In this document: in pieces, positions 25,408-35,529 of the stretch
Position numbering within the stretch: the stretch's first letter is position 1
Layout of the letters: each line of letters opens with the position of its first letter
Origin: an uncultured Clostridia bacterium
GTDB taxonomy: Bacteria > Bacillota > Clostridia > Christensenellales > UBA1242
Direction of reading: 5' to 3'
Length of the DNA stretch: 60,182 nucleotides
Assembly: GCA_944372355.1 (NCBI GenBank)
Contig: CALVYS010000004.1
Location: 1-60,182, forward strand
Made by a program: the position numbers and the translations under genes
The notes under the pieces: generated by a model
Seen by the model: only the letters and a program-made list of their open reading frames with translations
Databases searched by the model: none
Told to the model about the DNA's origin: nothing

Positions 25408-25446
25408 GAAAAGTTTTGCTTTGCAAAATTTTTGGGCTTCCGCCAG

Positions 25447-27033
25447 TTATTTTGCTGTTTCAGAGAATCTGGATTCCCTGATGACATTAACTTTGATTTG
25501 ACCTGGATATTGCATTTCGTCTTCAATTCGTTTTGCAATATCTTTTGCCAAAAACATGGCATCGTTGTCAGAGATCTCGTCTGGTTTGACAATGATTCGC
25601 ACTTCCCTTCCTGCCTGAACGGCATATGCTTTGTCAACACCTTTGAAGCTGTTTGAAATTTCTTCAAGCTGCTGCAAGCGTTTGATGTAGTTTTCAAAGC
25701 TTTCTCTTCTGGCCCCAGGTCTGCTGCTGGAAATGGCGTCTGCGATTTGAACGATCACAGCTTCAACGGATTTAAATTCAACATTGAAATGATGTGCTTC
25801 GATGCAGTGAACAACGGCAGGGCTTTCTTTGTATTTTGTTGCAAGGTCAACACCGATTTGAACGTGCGTGCCTTCGATTTCGTGATCAAGCGCTTTTCCT
25901 ATGTCGTGCAAAAGTCCACCACGTTTTGCGATTTTTGCGTCTGCTCCAAGTTCTGTTGCAATCTGTCCAGCAAGTATGGCTGTTTCGATGCTGTGTTTCA
26001 AGCAGTTTTGGCCATAGCTGGTTCGGAATTTAAGTCTGCCAAGAATTTTAACAAGTTCAGGATGAAGATTGTAAATTCCAACCTCTTCGCAGGCTTTTTC
26101 GCCAGCCTCTTTTATGGTCTTGTCCACTTCTTTTGTCATGCGTTCAACAATCTCTTCAATGCGGGTTGGGTGAATTCTTCCATCGACAATAAGTTTTTCA
26201 AGACTGAGTCTTGCGATCTCTCTGCGAATTGGATCAAATGAAGAAACGGTGATGCTTTCAGGCGTGTCGTCGACGATGAGTTCAACGCCGGTTGCGCTTT
26301 CGATTGCTCGAATATTTCTGCCCTCTCTTCCAATAATCCTGCCCTTCATTTCATCGGTTGGCAATGCAACAACTGAAACTGTCATTTCTGTTGAAAGGTC
26401 GGTTGCACATTTTTGAATGGCACTTGCAACGATGTCTCGTGCCTTTTTGTCTCCTTCTTCTCTGGCTTCCTCTTCAATTTGTTTTATGATGGAGCCAGCT
26501 TCCTTTTTTGCTTCTTCTGTCATGTTTGCAACAAGCAAATCTTTTGCTTCTTGCTTTTTCATTCCGCTGATTTTTTCCAGCGTTGCCAGCATATCCTCTT
26601 TAATTTTGGATTGCTCTGCAATTTCATTTGAAAGCTTTTCACGATCATCTGCAAGGCGTTGTTTTTCATTTTCGATCTGTTCGCTTTTGCGATCGAGTGA
26701 AAGCTCCTTTGTCTCAATAAATTTTTCTCTTTCAGTGAGTCTTTCATCAGACTTTTGAATTTCAGCTCGCCTTTCTTTGAGTTCGTTTTCCACTTCTTCA
26801 CGATACTTGTGGCTTGCCTCTTTTGCCTCTAATGAGGCCTCTTTTTTGATGGTCTTTGCCTCTGCGTATGCCTCTTCGATAATACGAACAGCGTTCGATT
26901 TCGATTTACCGAGTTTTTTTGTTGCAATTAATTTATACAAACCTATGCCGCCGCCGATTCCAACGGCAAAGCATACAAGTGCAATTACAACGGCAATCGC
27001 AGGAGCAACAGCGCCAAATAATGCTATGCTCAT
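25447..27033 (-). CDS. rny: Ribonuclease Y
   Basis: N-terminal TM helix, coiled coil, KH domain (GREGRNIRAIE) and HD domain (LLHDIGKA). Confidence 0.96.
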   Translation of the reverse strand: MSIALFGAVAPAIAVVIALVCFAVGIGGGIGLYKLIATKKLGKSKSNAVRIIEEAYAEAKTIKKEASLEAKEASHKYREEVENELKERRAEIQKSDERLTEREKFIETKELSLDRKSEQIENEKQRLADDREKLSNEIAEQSKIKEDMLATLEKISGMKKQEAKDLLVANMTEEAKKEAGSIIKQIEEEAREEGDKKARDIVASAIQKCATDLSTEMTVSVVALPTDEMKGRIIGREGRNIRAIESATGVELIVDDTPESITVSSFDPIRREIARLSLEKLIVDGRIHPTRIEEIVERMTKEVDKTIKEAGEKACEEVGIYNLHPELVKILGRLKFRTSYGQNCLKHSIETAILAGQIATELGADAKIAKRGGLLHDIGKALDHEIEGTHVQIGVDLATKYKESPAVVHCIEAHHFNVEFKSVEAVIVQIADAISSSRPGARRESFENYIKRLQQLEEISNSFKGVDKAYAVQAGREVRIIVKPDEISDNDAMFLAKDIAKRIEDEMQYPGQIKVNVIRESRFSETAK

Positions 27034-27085
27034 ACTTTTACCCCTTTTAATTTTGATAGGAGCCGAAAAAACTCCCTACCTTAAA

Positions 27086-27114
27086 ATTATACCCTATATT
27101 TATTGGCAAGTCAA
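27086..27114 (-). promoter_or_regulatory. SigA promoter of rny: TTGACT-17-TATAAT
   Basis: Read directly on the minus strand. Confidence 0.7.
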
Positions 27115-27158
27115 ACGATTTTTACTCAACTGATAAAATATACTATAAATATATTATA

Positions 27159-28310
<1,152 letters not shown>

Positions 28311-28327
28311 TCAAAATATGTTGTGGT

Positions 28328-29356
28328 TTATATAAACAGGCATGCATCGCCAAAGCTGAAAAATCTGTAACGATTTTCCACGGCAGTTTTGTAAATTTTC
28401 ATGGTTTCATCTCTTCCTAAGAAAGCTGAAACAAGCATGATGAGTGTGCTTTCTGGCAAATGGAAGTTTGTTATCAAGCCGTCTATGGCTTTGAATTTGT
28501 AAGAAGGATAGATGAAAATGCTGGTCTCTTGTTTTGCTGGATGAAAAACTCCGTTTTCATCACATGCAGATTCCAAAACTCTGACGCTTGTTGTGCCAAC
28601 CGCTATGATTCTTCTCCCTTCTCTTTTGGCAGCATTAAGCTTGTCGGCGTTTTCTTTGCTCATTTCGTAAAATTCAGAATGCATTTCATGTTTTAAAATG
28701 TTATCCTCTTTGACTGGACGAAAGGTTCCCAAACCCACATGCAACAAAACTTCTATGATCTCCACACCCATATCTTTAAGTTTTGCTAAAAGCTCTGGCG
28801 TGAAATGCAGGCCGGCAGTTGGCGCGGCAGAAGAGCCCTCCACCTTTGCGTAAACGGTTTGATAGCGGTTTTGGTCTTTGAGTTTTTGTTTGATGTAAGG
28901 CGGCAGTGGCATCGTGCCAACTTCTGAAAGTCGGTGTTCAAAAACGCCGTCAAAATCAAAGCACATCTTGCAAAGACCGTCTGGCAATTTTTCAACCAAG
29001 GTGCAAGAAAGGTTTTCACTGAAAACAACTTTGTCTCCGATTTTAAGACGTTTTAAAGGCTTTGCAAGACATTCCCAATTTTTTAAATCCTGCCTTTTAT
29101 GAAGCAAAACTTCGATTTTTGCGCCGCTTTCTTTGTAGCCATATAGCCTGGCTGGAAGAACTTTGGTGTTGTTTATAACTAGCACATCGCCCGCTTTAAG
29201 ATAGCTTGCAATGTCATAAAAATGCTTGTGTTCAATCGTTTTGCTGTCTTTGTGATAAACAAGCATTCTTGAAGCATCGCGCGGCTCGATTGGCGTTTGC
29301 GCGATCAACTCCTCTGGCAAGTCGTAATAATAAGATGCTTTATTTAGAAGATCCAT
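28328..29356 (-). CDS. queA: S-adenosylmethionine:tRNA ribosyltransferase-isomerase
   Basis: N-terminus YYDLPEELIAQTPIEPRDASRML, AAPTAGLHFT, VGTTSVR. Confidence 0.95.
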   Translation of the reverse strand: MDLLNKASYYYDLPEELIAQTPIEPRDASRMLVYHKDSKTIEHKHFYDIASYLKAGDVLVINNTKVLPARLYGYKESGAKIEVLLHKRQDLKNWECLAKPLKRLKIGDKVVFSENLSCTLVEKLPDGLCKMCFDFDGVFEHRLSEVGTMPLPPYIKQKLKDQNRYQTVYAKVEGSSAAPTAGLHFTPELLAKLKDMGVEIIEVLLHVGLGTFRPVKEDNILKHEMHSEFYEMSKENADKLNAAKREGRRIIAVGTTSVRVLESACDENGVFHPAKQETSIFIYPSYKFKAIDGLITNFHLPESTLIMLVSAFLGRDETMKIYKTAVENRYRFFSFGDACLFI

Positions 29357-29966
29357 CGTCTGATTCTAATCCTAAAAGTTTTCTTGTTGAAGAAGAAAGG
29401 TTTTCTTCTTTTTTATAGTAGCTTTGAAACTTTTTATAAAAGTCGGTTTTCATAAGTTGAAAAAGCGAGAGGTCAAAGCATTTGTCCATGATGTTGACAA
29501 CTTCTTTCAACTCTCCAACCTTTTTAAATCCCACCTTTTCCGCTATTTTAATCGAAGGAATATTTTTTGAAAGTATGGAAGCGATTATGCAATTTTTACC
29601 ACTGCTGGTGAAGTGGTAATCACACATCAGCCGCAAAGCCTCTGTGCCGTAACCCTTCCCGCGGTCCTCTTCATCTCCGATAAAGCCTCCAACAGCCGTT
29701 GCATCGCTTACATTGCTTTTGAAGGTTGAAAACCTTCCAATCAGTTTGTCATCAGATTTCCTCACGATGGCAAAACATACTTGGCAATTTTTCAGAATGC
29801 GCTCTATTTGTTCTTGGGTGACCTGTTCAGTTGCATAGCCTGAAATCGAATAGAAGCATCGTGCTTTGATGTCATGATCGTTGAACCATTTTGTAAGCAA
29901 AGCTGCATCTTGTGGCTCAAAAGTTGCAAGATAAAGATAGTCTCCTTCCAAAATTTTGTGACGCAT
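29340..29966 (-). CDS. GNAT family N-acetyltransferase (RimJ/RimL-like) with a 40-aa non-GNAT tail
   Basis: Acetyl-CoA motif RGKGYGTEALRLM. It overlaps the queA start by 17 nt. Confidence 0.8.
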   Translation of the reverse strand: MRHKILEGDYLYLATFEPQDAALLTKWFNDHDIKARCFYSISGYATEQVTQEQIERILKNCQVCFAIVRKSDDKLIGRFSTFKSNVSDATAVGGFIGDEEDRGKGYGTEALRLMCDYHFTSSGKNCIIASILSKNIPSIKIAEKVGFKKVGELKEVVNIMDKCFDLSLFQLMKTDFYKKFQSYYKKEENLSSSTRKLLGLESDDGSSK

Positions 29967-29968
29967 AA

Positions 29969-30997
29969 TTACTCTCCTTTTTTTGATTTACCCTCACTTT
30001 TGCCTGGGAAAGTTTCGCCAAGATGTTTGTAAGCAAGTTCGGTTGCAATGCGGCCGCGAGGTGTTCTCGCAATAAATCCAAGTTGCAGAAGATATGGTTC
30101 ATAAACATCTTCAATCGTGCTGGAATCCTCGCTGATTGTGGCGGCAAGCGTGTCAAGCCCAACAGGACCTCCGCCAAATTTGTTTATAATCGAGTGCAAG
30201 ATCTTTCTGTCGATGAAATCAAGGCCGAGTTCATCGATTTCCATAATGTCAAGAGTTGAATCGGCGATGGCCTTGGTGATTTTCCCCTCGCCCTTTACTT
30301 CTGCATAATCACGAACGCGTTTCAAAAGTCTGTTTGCAATTCTTGGTGTGCCGCGTGAGCGTTTTGCAATTTCCTCACTTGCGGCATCATCGATTTGTAT
30401 GTTTAAAATTTTGGCCGAGCGGTTTATTATGATTTGCAGCTCGTCAGGAGTGTAAAGCTCCAAACGGCAAATCACGCCAAATCTGTCACGCAGAGGGTTT
30501 GTCAGCATTCCTGCCCTGGTGGTTGCACCAATCAATGTGAATGGTTGAATTTTTAGGCGCATATTTTTTGCAGATGGCCCTTTTCCAACGATAAAATCAA
30601 GTGCAAAATCTTCCATGGCTGGATATAAGATCTCTTCAACGGTTTTGTGCAGACGGTGGATTTCGTCGATGAACAAAACGTCGTTTTCATTTAAATTGGT
30701 TAAAATTGCAGCCAGATCTGCGGCATGCTCAATGGCTGGACCTGAGGTTATTTTAAGTTGAGAGCCAAGTTCGTTTGCAATGATGTGTGAAAGTGTGGTT
30801 TTCCCAAGTCCAGGAGGGCCATATAAAAGCACGTGATCCAGATTCTCTTTTCGAGATTTTGCGGCCTTGATGTAAACCATCAAGCTTTCTTTAACTTTGG
30901 TTTGCCCCACATATTCATCAAACGAGGTTGGACGCAGGCTGTTTTCTATTTCAGCATCAGTGAGATTTTTGGTGCTGGTGATGAATCTGTCTTCCAT
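29969..30997 (-). CDS. ruvB: Holliday junction helicase RuvB
   Basis: Walker [10 protein letters not shown], Walker [10 protein letters not shown], sensor GATTR. Confidence 0.97.
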   Translation of the reverse strand: MEDRFITSTKNLTDAEIENSLRPTSFDEYVGQTKVKESLMVYIKAAKSRKENLDHVLLYGPPGLGKTTLSHIIANELGSQLKITSGPAIEHAADLAAILTNLNENDVLFIDEIHRLHKTVEEILYPAMEDFALDFIVGKGPSAKNMRLKIQPFTLIGATTRAGMLTNPLRDRFGVICRLELYTPDELQIIINRSAKILNIQIDDAASEEIAKRSRGTPRIANRLLKRVRDYAEVKGEGKITKAIADSTLDIMEIDELGLDFIDRKILHSIINKFGGGPVGLDTLAATISEDSSTIEDVYEPYLLQLGFIARTPRGRIATELAYKHLGETFPGKSEGKSKKGE

Positions 30998-31584
30998 TAG
31001 CTTCTATACCCCCTTAATGATTTTGAAATGATTTCTTCTGCGCTGACATTTGGACCAGCATGACTTTTGGCAAGCAGATAGGCCTCATTTTTGTTTATGC
31101 CAAGCGAGATGAGCGTTTCTGTGGCCAAAGTGAGAGCATCTTCATCATATTCAAAGGTTTGTGTTTCACTCATCTCACCAACTGGTGAAAGCTTGTCTTT
31201 AAGCTCTAAGCACAGCCTTTCAGCCGTTTTTTTGCCAAGCCCTTTGATCGATGAAAGAGCGCGCATATCCTGTTTGATGATTGCAATGACAAGCTCTGAA
31301 AGCGGCAGACCGGACAAAATTCCAACAGCCACTTTTGGACCTATTCCACTGACAGAAGTAAGTTTTAAAAACAACTCTTTTTCGTCTTTGGAAGAAAAGC
31401 CAAACAGCGCAACGCCATCTTCTCTGACAGACATATATGTGAAAAGTTTGATGGTTTCTCCTTCGGTTGGCAGAGAAAGATAGGTGTTTTTGGATATGCC
31501 AAGTTCATATCCAACTCCGTTCACATCAAGCAGCACACAGTCTTCGCATTTTTCTTCAATTATTCCCACAAGAAATCCAATCAT
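30997..31584 (-). CDS. ruvA: Holliday junction DNA-binding protein RuvA
   Basis: MIGFLVG... OB domain, and HhH motifs [10 protein letters not shown] / [12 protein letters not shown]. Confidence 0.95.
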   Translation of the reverse strand: MIGFLVGIIEEKCEDCVLLDVNGVGYELGISKNTYLSLPTEGETIKLFTYMSVREDGVALFGFSSKDEKELFLKLTSVSGIGPKVAVGILSGLPLSELVIAIIKQDMRALSSIKGLGKKTAERLCLELKDKLSPVGEMSETQTFEYDEDALTLATETLISLGINKNEAYLLAKSHAGPNVSAEEIISKSLRGYRS

Positions 31585-31595
31585 ATTCTTTCTCC

Positions 31596-32084
31596 TTAAA
31601 CTCGATTGGTGTTCAGCCTTGGGCTGGTTTGTGCATGAGTGAGCGCCACAGCGAGAGCGTCGGCAGCATCGTCAGGCTTTGGGATTTCCTTTAAGCCCAA
31701 GATGCTTTTGACCATAAACTGAATCTGTTTTTTCTCCGCTCTACCCTGTCCGGTCAGCGCTTGCTTTATTTGCATTGGCGTGTATTCAAAAATGTTTTCA
31801 CAGTATTTTTGAGCTGTCAACAAAATCACACCTCTGGCCTCTGCAACAGGGATCACTGTTTTTTGGTTTTTGAAATAAAAAAGCTCCTCGATCGCAACAG
31901 CGTCAGGTTTGTATGTAGAAAACAGGGTTTTTAATGCACTTTCAATGTTTTTAAGCCTCAATGCGATGGAGTCTTCCTTTGGAGTGGTTATCACGCCATA
32001 GTCGACAACCTTGTTGTTTTGAGAGGTGTCAATTATGCCAAAACCGATGATCGCATATCCAGGGTCTATTCCAAGAACTATCAT
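31596..32084 (-). CDS. ruvC: Crossover junction endodeoxyribonuclease RuvC
   Basis: MIVLGIDPGYAIIGFG is the canonical RuvC N-terminus. The track's 25-aa extension runs through the yebC terminator and the ruvC promoter. Confidence 0.9.
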   Translation of the reverse strand: MIVLGIDPGYAIIGFGIIDTSQNNKVVDYGVITTPKEDSIALRLKNIESALKTLFSTYKPDAVAIEELFYFKNQKTVIPVAEARGVILLTAQKYCENIFEYTPMQIKQALTGQGRAEKKQIQFMVKSILGLKEIPKPDDAADALAVALTHAQTSPRLNTNRV

Positions 32085-32090
32085 GATTAA

Positions 32091-32119
32091 AGTATAATAA
32101 TAAATACGATTAAAGTCAA
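32091..32119 (-). promoter_or_regulatory. Promoter TTGACT-17-TATACT placed 6 nt from the ruvC ATG (leaderless candidate)
   Basis: The minus strand reads TTGACT ttaatcgtatttattat TATACT ttaatc ATG, with no SD. Confidence 0.6.
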
Positions 32120-32121
32120 AC

Positions 32122-32144
32122 AAAAAAGCGGCTTTTGCCGCTTT
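32122..32144 (-). terminator. Rho-independent terminator after yebC
   Basis: The minus strand reads AAAGCGGC-aaaa-GCCGCTTT followed by TTT. Confidence 0.8.
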
Positions 32145-32148
32145 ATGC

Positions 32149-32883
32149 TCACTCTTCATCAGGAAGGTTTACGTTGTGATAAACTTCTTGCACATCGTCA
32201 AGATCGTTCAAAACATCAAGCATCTTTTGAAAGGAAGCAAGTTTTGCTTCGTCCAAGTTGACATACATGTCAGGCACAAGCTGTGATTCGGACATAACGA
32301 TGTGATAACCACTGTTTTCAAGCGCCTGTTTAACAGTCCCAACCTCGTTTGGCTGAGTGATGATTTCAATTTCATCGTCTTCCTCAATCACATCAAGTGC
32401 ACCGGCTTCCAGTGCGTCCATCATCAGAGCATCGCTGTCGAGCCCTTCTTCACGCGGCACGATGATTATGCCTTTGCGTTGGAAAAGATAACTTACGCAG
32501 CCAGAAGAGCCAAGGCTTCCGCCATGTTTGTCGAAAGCGTGACGAACATCGCCTGCGGTTCTGTTTTTGTTGTCCGTCAAGCATTCAACAATCACCGCTG
32601 AACCACCAGCTCCGTAACCTTCATAAACGATGGATTCATAGTTGACAGAGCCAAGTTCGCCGGAAGCTTTTTTGATGCTGCGTTCGATGTTGTCATTTGG
32701 CATATTGTTTTGTTTTGCTTTGGAAATGACATCTCTAAGCTTTGAATTGGAGGCCGGATCAGGACCACCAAGTTTTACCGCAACTGCAAGTTCACGGCCG
32801 ATTTTGGTGAAAATTTTGCTGCGAGCAGCGTCCATTTTTCCCTTTGTGGCTTGAATGTTGTGCCACTTTGAATGTCCTGACAT
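32149..32883 (-). CDS. YebC/PmpR family DNA-binding transcriptional regulator
   Basis: [12 protein letters not shown]...D..R.KIF, the hallmark N-terminus; 244 aa. Confidence 0.93.
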   Translation of the reverse strand: MSGHSKWHNIQATKGKMDAARSKIFTKIGRELAVAVKLGGPDPASNSKLRDVISKAKQNNMPNDNIERSIKKASGELGSVNYESIVYEGYGAGGSAVIVECLTDNKNRTAGDVRHAFDKHGGSLGSSGCVSYLFQRKGIIIVPREEGLDSDALMMDALEAGALDVIEEDDEIEIITQPNEVGTVKQALENSGYHIVMSESQLVPDMYVNLDEAKLASFQKMLDVLNDLDDVQEVYHNVNLPDEE

Positions 32884-32893
32884 ATAAATCCTC

Positions 32894-33622
32894 CTATTTT
32901 AATTTTTTTGTGAGTTCAAACATGATTATAGAGCCGCTTACCGCAGCATTCAAGCTTTCTATTCCGCTTTTCATTGGAATTGTGACGCTGGTCTTGCAAA
33001 GCGCTCTGATTTGATCGCTGACACCTTGTCCTTCATTGCCTATAACCACACCCACCGATTGCTTTGGTTTGAAATCAAAGATGTTTTGCCCTTTCATGTC
33101 CGTGCAGATCAGGCTGAGTTTGTTCTGTTTTGCAAATTCACAAAACTCTGTGCGGCTCATGCTGAAAACCGGCATGCTTAGCACTGCACCGGCCGAGCTG
33201 CGAACAAGTTTTGGATTTGTTGGTTTGACTCCATCAACAACAAACACACTTTCCATGCCACTGGCCTTGGCACTGCGAATCAAAGTTCCAACATTTCCTG
33301 GATCTTGCAAACCGTCCAAAACCAAAAAATGTGATTTTGGTGGTTTCACAACATCTTGTGTGTATTCCATCATAACACACACATGTTGTGGGGTTTTTAC
33401 ATCTGTTAAAGATTTTAAAACCGACTCGTCAACCAAAAAGGATTCGCAGTCAAAAAGCTGGCCTTTATAATTTTTTGTAACCAAGGCAATCTTTGGCTTT
33501 AAGCCACTGGCAATGGCATCATTGATTATTTTTGCATTATCTAAAAAAAGCAAAAAATCATTTTCTCTTTTTTGCTTTTTTAAAGATTTGACAAGATTTG
33601 CACTTGCCTTTTGCAAGTTCAC
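32894..33622 (-). CDS. TrmH/SpoU-family RNA 2'-O-methyltransferase
   Basis: [20 protein letters not shown] and [11 protein letters not shown] motifs. Confidence 0.88.
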   Translation of the reverse strand: MNLQKASANLVKSLKKQKRENDFLLFLDNAKIINDAIASGLKPKIALVTKNYKGQLFDCESFLVDESVLKSLTDVKTPQHVCVMMEYTQDVVKPPKSHFLVLDGLQDPGNVGTLIRSAKASGMESVFVVDGVKPTNPKLVRSSAGAVLSMPVFSMSRTEFCEFAKQNKLSLICTDMKGQNIFDFKPKQSVGVVIGNEGQGVSDQIRALCKTSVTIPMKSGIESLNAAVSGSIIMFELTKKLK

Positions 33623-33963
33623 GCTTTAACCTCGCTTACAAGAGCGGCAAAAGCTGCTGGATCTTTTACAGCGATGTCTGCAAGCACTTTTCTGTTGAGA
33701 TCGATGTTTTTGGCTTTAAGACCTGCAATGAATTTGCTGTAAGAAATGTCGTTGATTCTGCAAGCAGCATTGATTCTTGTGATCCAAAGGCTTCTGAAAT
33801 CTCTTTTCTTTTGTTTGCGACCGATATAGGCATACATGCCGCTCTTCATAACCTGTTCACGAGCGGTTCTGTAAAGCTTGGATTTAGCTCCACGATAGCC
33901 TTTGGCCAATTTTAAAATTTTTCTTCTTTTCTTTAATGCGTTTACGCTTCTTTTAATTCTCAT
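33619..33963 (-). CDS. rplT: 50S ribosomal protein L20
   Basis: [25 protein letters not shown]. Confidence 0.97.
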   Translation of the reverse strand: MRIKRSVNALKKRRKILKLAKGYRGAKSKLYRTAREQVMKSGMYAYIGRKQKKRDFRSLWITRINAACRINDISYSKFIAGLKAKNIDLNRKVLADIAVKDPAAFAALVSEVKA

Positions 33964-33975
33964 CTGGCACCTCTC

Positions 33976-34170
33976 TTATTTTGCAAGCAAGGTTTTAATA
34001 TTTGCAGCGTTCTTTCCTGCAATATATGAACCCTTTCTCAATTTTCTTTTTCTGGCTTGTGATTTTGTGGTCAAAAAGTGTCCCTTAGTTGGTCTTGCAT
34101 ATTTAACCTTGCCTGTTGCAGTAAGGTGAAAACGCTTTTTTGCACCACTGTGTGTTTTTTGTTTTGGCAT
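33976..34170 (-). CDS. rpmI: 50S ribosomal protein L35
   Basis: MPKQKTHSGAKKRF; 64 aa. Confidence 0.97.
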   Translation of the reverse strand: MPKQKTHSGAKKRFHLTATGKVKYARPTKGHFLTTKSQARKRKLRKGSYIAGKNAANIKTLLAK

Positions 34171-34183
34171 GTCCTTTCTCCTT

Positions 34184-34696
34184 TTATTGTTTTTGTGGGT
34201 TAACCACGGCTATGATGTTGCGACCATTCACTTCTGGCTCCTTGTCACAAGTGCCGTAGCCAGCAAGTTTTGCGATAAAGTTTTTGACAACTTCCACACA
34301 AGTTTTTGCATAGGCCTGTTGACGACCGCGCATTCTCAATGTGACTTTCACCTTGTTTCCATCGGAAAGAAATTTGATTGCGTTTGTGACGCGATAAGCA
34401 ATGTCGTGATCGCTTATTGTCATTGAAAGCTGAATTTCCTTTACTTCAATCGTCTTTTGATTTCGGCGAAGTTCCTTTTCTTTCTTGATTGCATCAAACT
34501 TATACTTGCCGTAATCCATCAGCTTGCAAACCGCAGGTTTTGAAGAGCCATTCATCAAAACAAGATCCAAATCCTTTTGGTCTGCGATTGTTTGTGCGCT
34601 GGCAAGTGACATCACGCCAAGTTGAGCGCCGTCCTCACCGATGAGCCTGACTTCATCAGCGGTGATTTGATCGTTGATTAACAATTCTTTAAAAAT
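34184..34696 (-). CDS. infC: Translation initiation factor IF-3, initiating at ATT
   Basis: AAGGAG lies 9 nt upstream of an in-frame ATT at 34696. The N-terminus (M)FKELLINDQITADEVRLIG matches the usual IF-3 length. The track's TTG at 34684 is 21 nt from the SD. Confidence 0.9.
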   Translation of the reverse strand: MFKELLINDQITADEVRLIGEDGAQLGVMSLASAQTIADQKDLDLVLMNGSSKPAVCKLMDYGKYKFDAIKKEKELRRNQKTIEVKEIQLSMTISDHDIAYRVTNAIKFLSDGNKVKVTLRMRGRQQAYAKTCVEVVKNFIAKLAGYGTCDKEPEVNGRNIIAVVNPQKQ

Positions 34697-34715
34697 AGTC
34701 GTGATCTCCTTTTAT

Positions 34716-34840
34716 AAAAAAATTTGGCAGAACGCAAAAAGTCCCACCAAAAAAACAAAACTCAAAGTTTGATTTTTAACACGGTCTAAATCAATTCAGT
34801 TTGACCGGTGAGAAGTGGTCTTCTGCTTTCTTACGAGATT
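34716..34840 (-). promoter_or_regulatory. infC-rpmI-rplT leader with an intrinsic attenuator hairpin (L20-leader-like)
   Basis: About 125-nt untranslated leader. The hairpin TTTGGTGGGAC-tttttgc-GTTCTGCCAAA plus U7 (34751-34716) ends just before the SD. Confidence 0.45.
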
Positions 34841-34841
34841 T

Positions 34842-34871
34842 AATATATCACAAAGCAAATTTACTTGTCAA
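34842..34871 (-). promoter_or_regulatory. SigA promoter of the infC operon: TTGACA-18-(TGa)TATATT
   Basis: Read directly. The -35 overlaps the stop region of the upstream membrane-protein gene. Confidence 0.65.
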
Positions 34872-35451
34872 GTGATTTTTTGTCTTTTTTATAAAAAAAG
34901 AATTTTTCTATAACTTTTCCTAATTTTAAAATTATGTGATTAGCTCTCTTTATGGCTCGGCCTTTCATAAGCGCTTTAAACAGGATCGTCAGCCCTGCGA
35001 TCAGTGAACTTACAAGCGTTGAAATGATGACAACCACGCTTGGCGAAGAGAGGTTTTTGGAAATAGACATGATGACACAAGCACCTCCTGCTCCACTTAA
35101 AATGCCGCAAATGTCCCCCACAACGTCGGCACAAAAAGAGCATACCTTTTCCGAATGCTGACAAAGTTTTAATGCCACAACGCTTCCACTCTCGCCTTCG
35201 GCGATTTTTTTTAGAAAAAACTCCTCTTCACTGCTTGTCACGGCTATTCCAATCATGTCAAATATCACGCTGACGAAAATAAAAATCAAAATCATGATTC
35301 CAGCCACAACAGCACCAAGAGTGCTTAAAATCGATTGGCTTAAAAGCGAGAACAAGCTGGATAAACACATGGACACTATAAACATCTTAAACGCCCATTT
35401 GTATCGTTTGATTTCCAGTGATTGCACGCTCGCCTTGCCTTTGTTTTTCAT
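34861..35451 (-). CDS. Hypothetical integral membrane protein (about 4 TM helices)
   Basis: Hydrophobic helices (FIVSMCLSSLFSLL, VVAGIMILIFIFVSVIF, ILSGAGGACVIM, VVVIISTLVSSLIAGLTILF). No family recognised. The start is ATG 35451, or TTG 35478 in the track. Confidence 0.55.
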   Translation of the reverse strand: MKNKGKASVQSLEIKRYKWAFKMFIVSMCLSSLFSLLSQSILSTLGAVVAGIMILIFIFVSVIFDMIGIAVTSSEEEFFLKKIAEGESGSVVALKLCQHSEKVCSFCADVVGDICGILSGAGGACVIMSISKNLSSPSVVVIISTLVSSLIAGLTILFKALMKGRAIKRANHIILKLGKVIEKFFFYKKDKKSLDK

Positions 35452-35458
35452 CAAAACT

Positions 35459-35464
35459 ATTATA
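35459..35464 (-). promoter_or_regulatory. TATAAT box 7 nt upstream of ATG 35451 (leaderless candidate; no convincing -35)
   Basis: The minus strand reads TATAAT agttttg ATG, with no SD. Confidence 0.3.
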
Positions 35465-35494
35465 TTAAAACCCCACAAACAATATGTGAGGTTT

Positions 35495-35521
35495 TATTAA
35501 TTATAAAAACATAACATAATA
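35495..35521. repeat. Palindromic intergenic repeat, copy g (degenerate left arm): TATTAATTAT-aaaaac-ATAACATAATA
   Basis: 21 nt (ATAAAAACATAACATAATAGC) are identical to copy c. It lies directly 3' of the proS stop. Confidence 0.7.
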
Positions 35522-35529
35522 GCTTTTTA

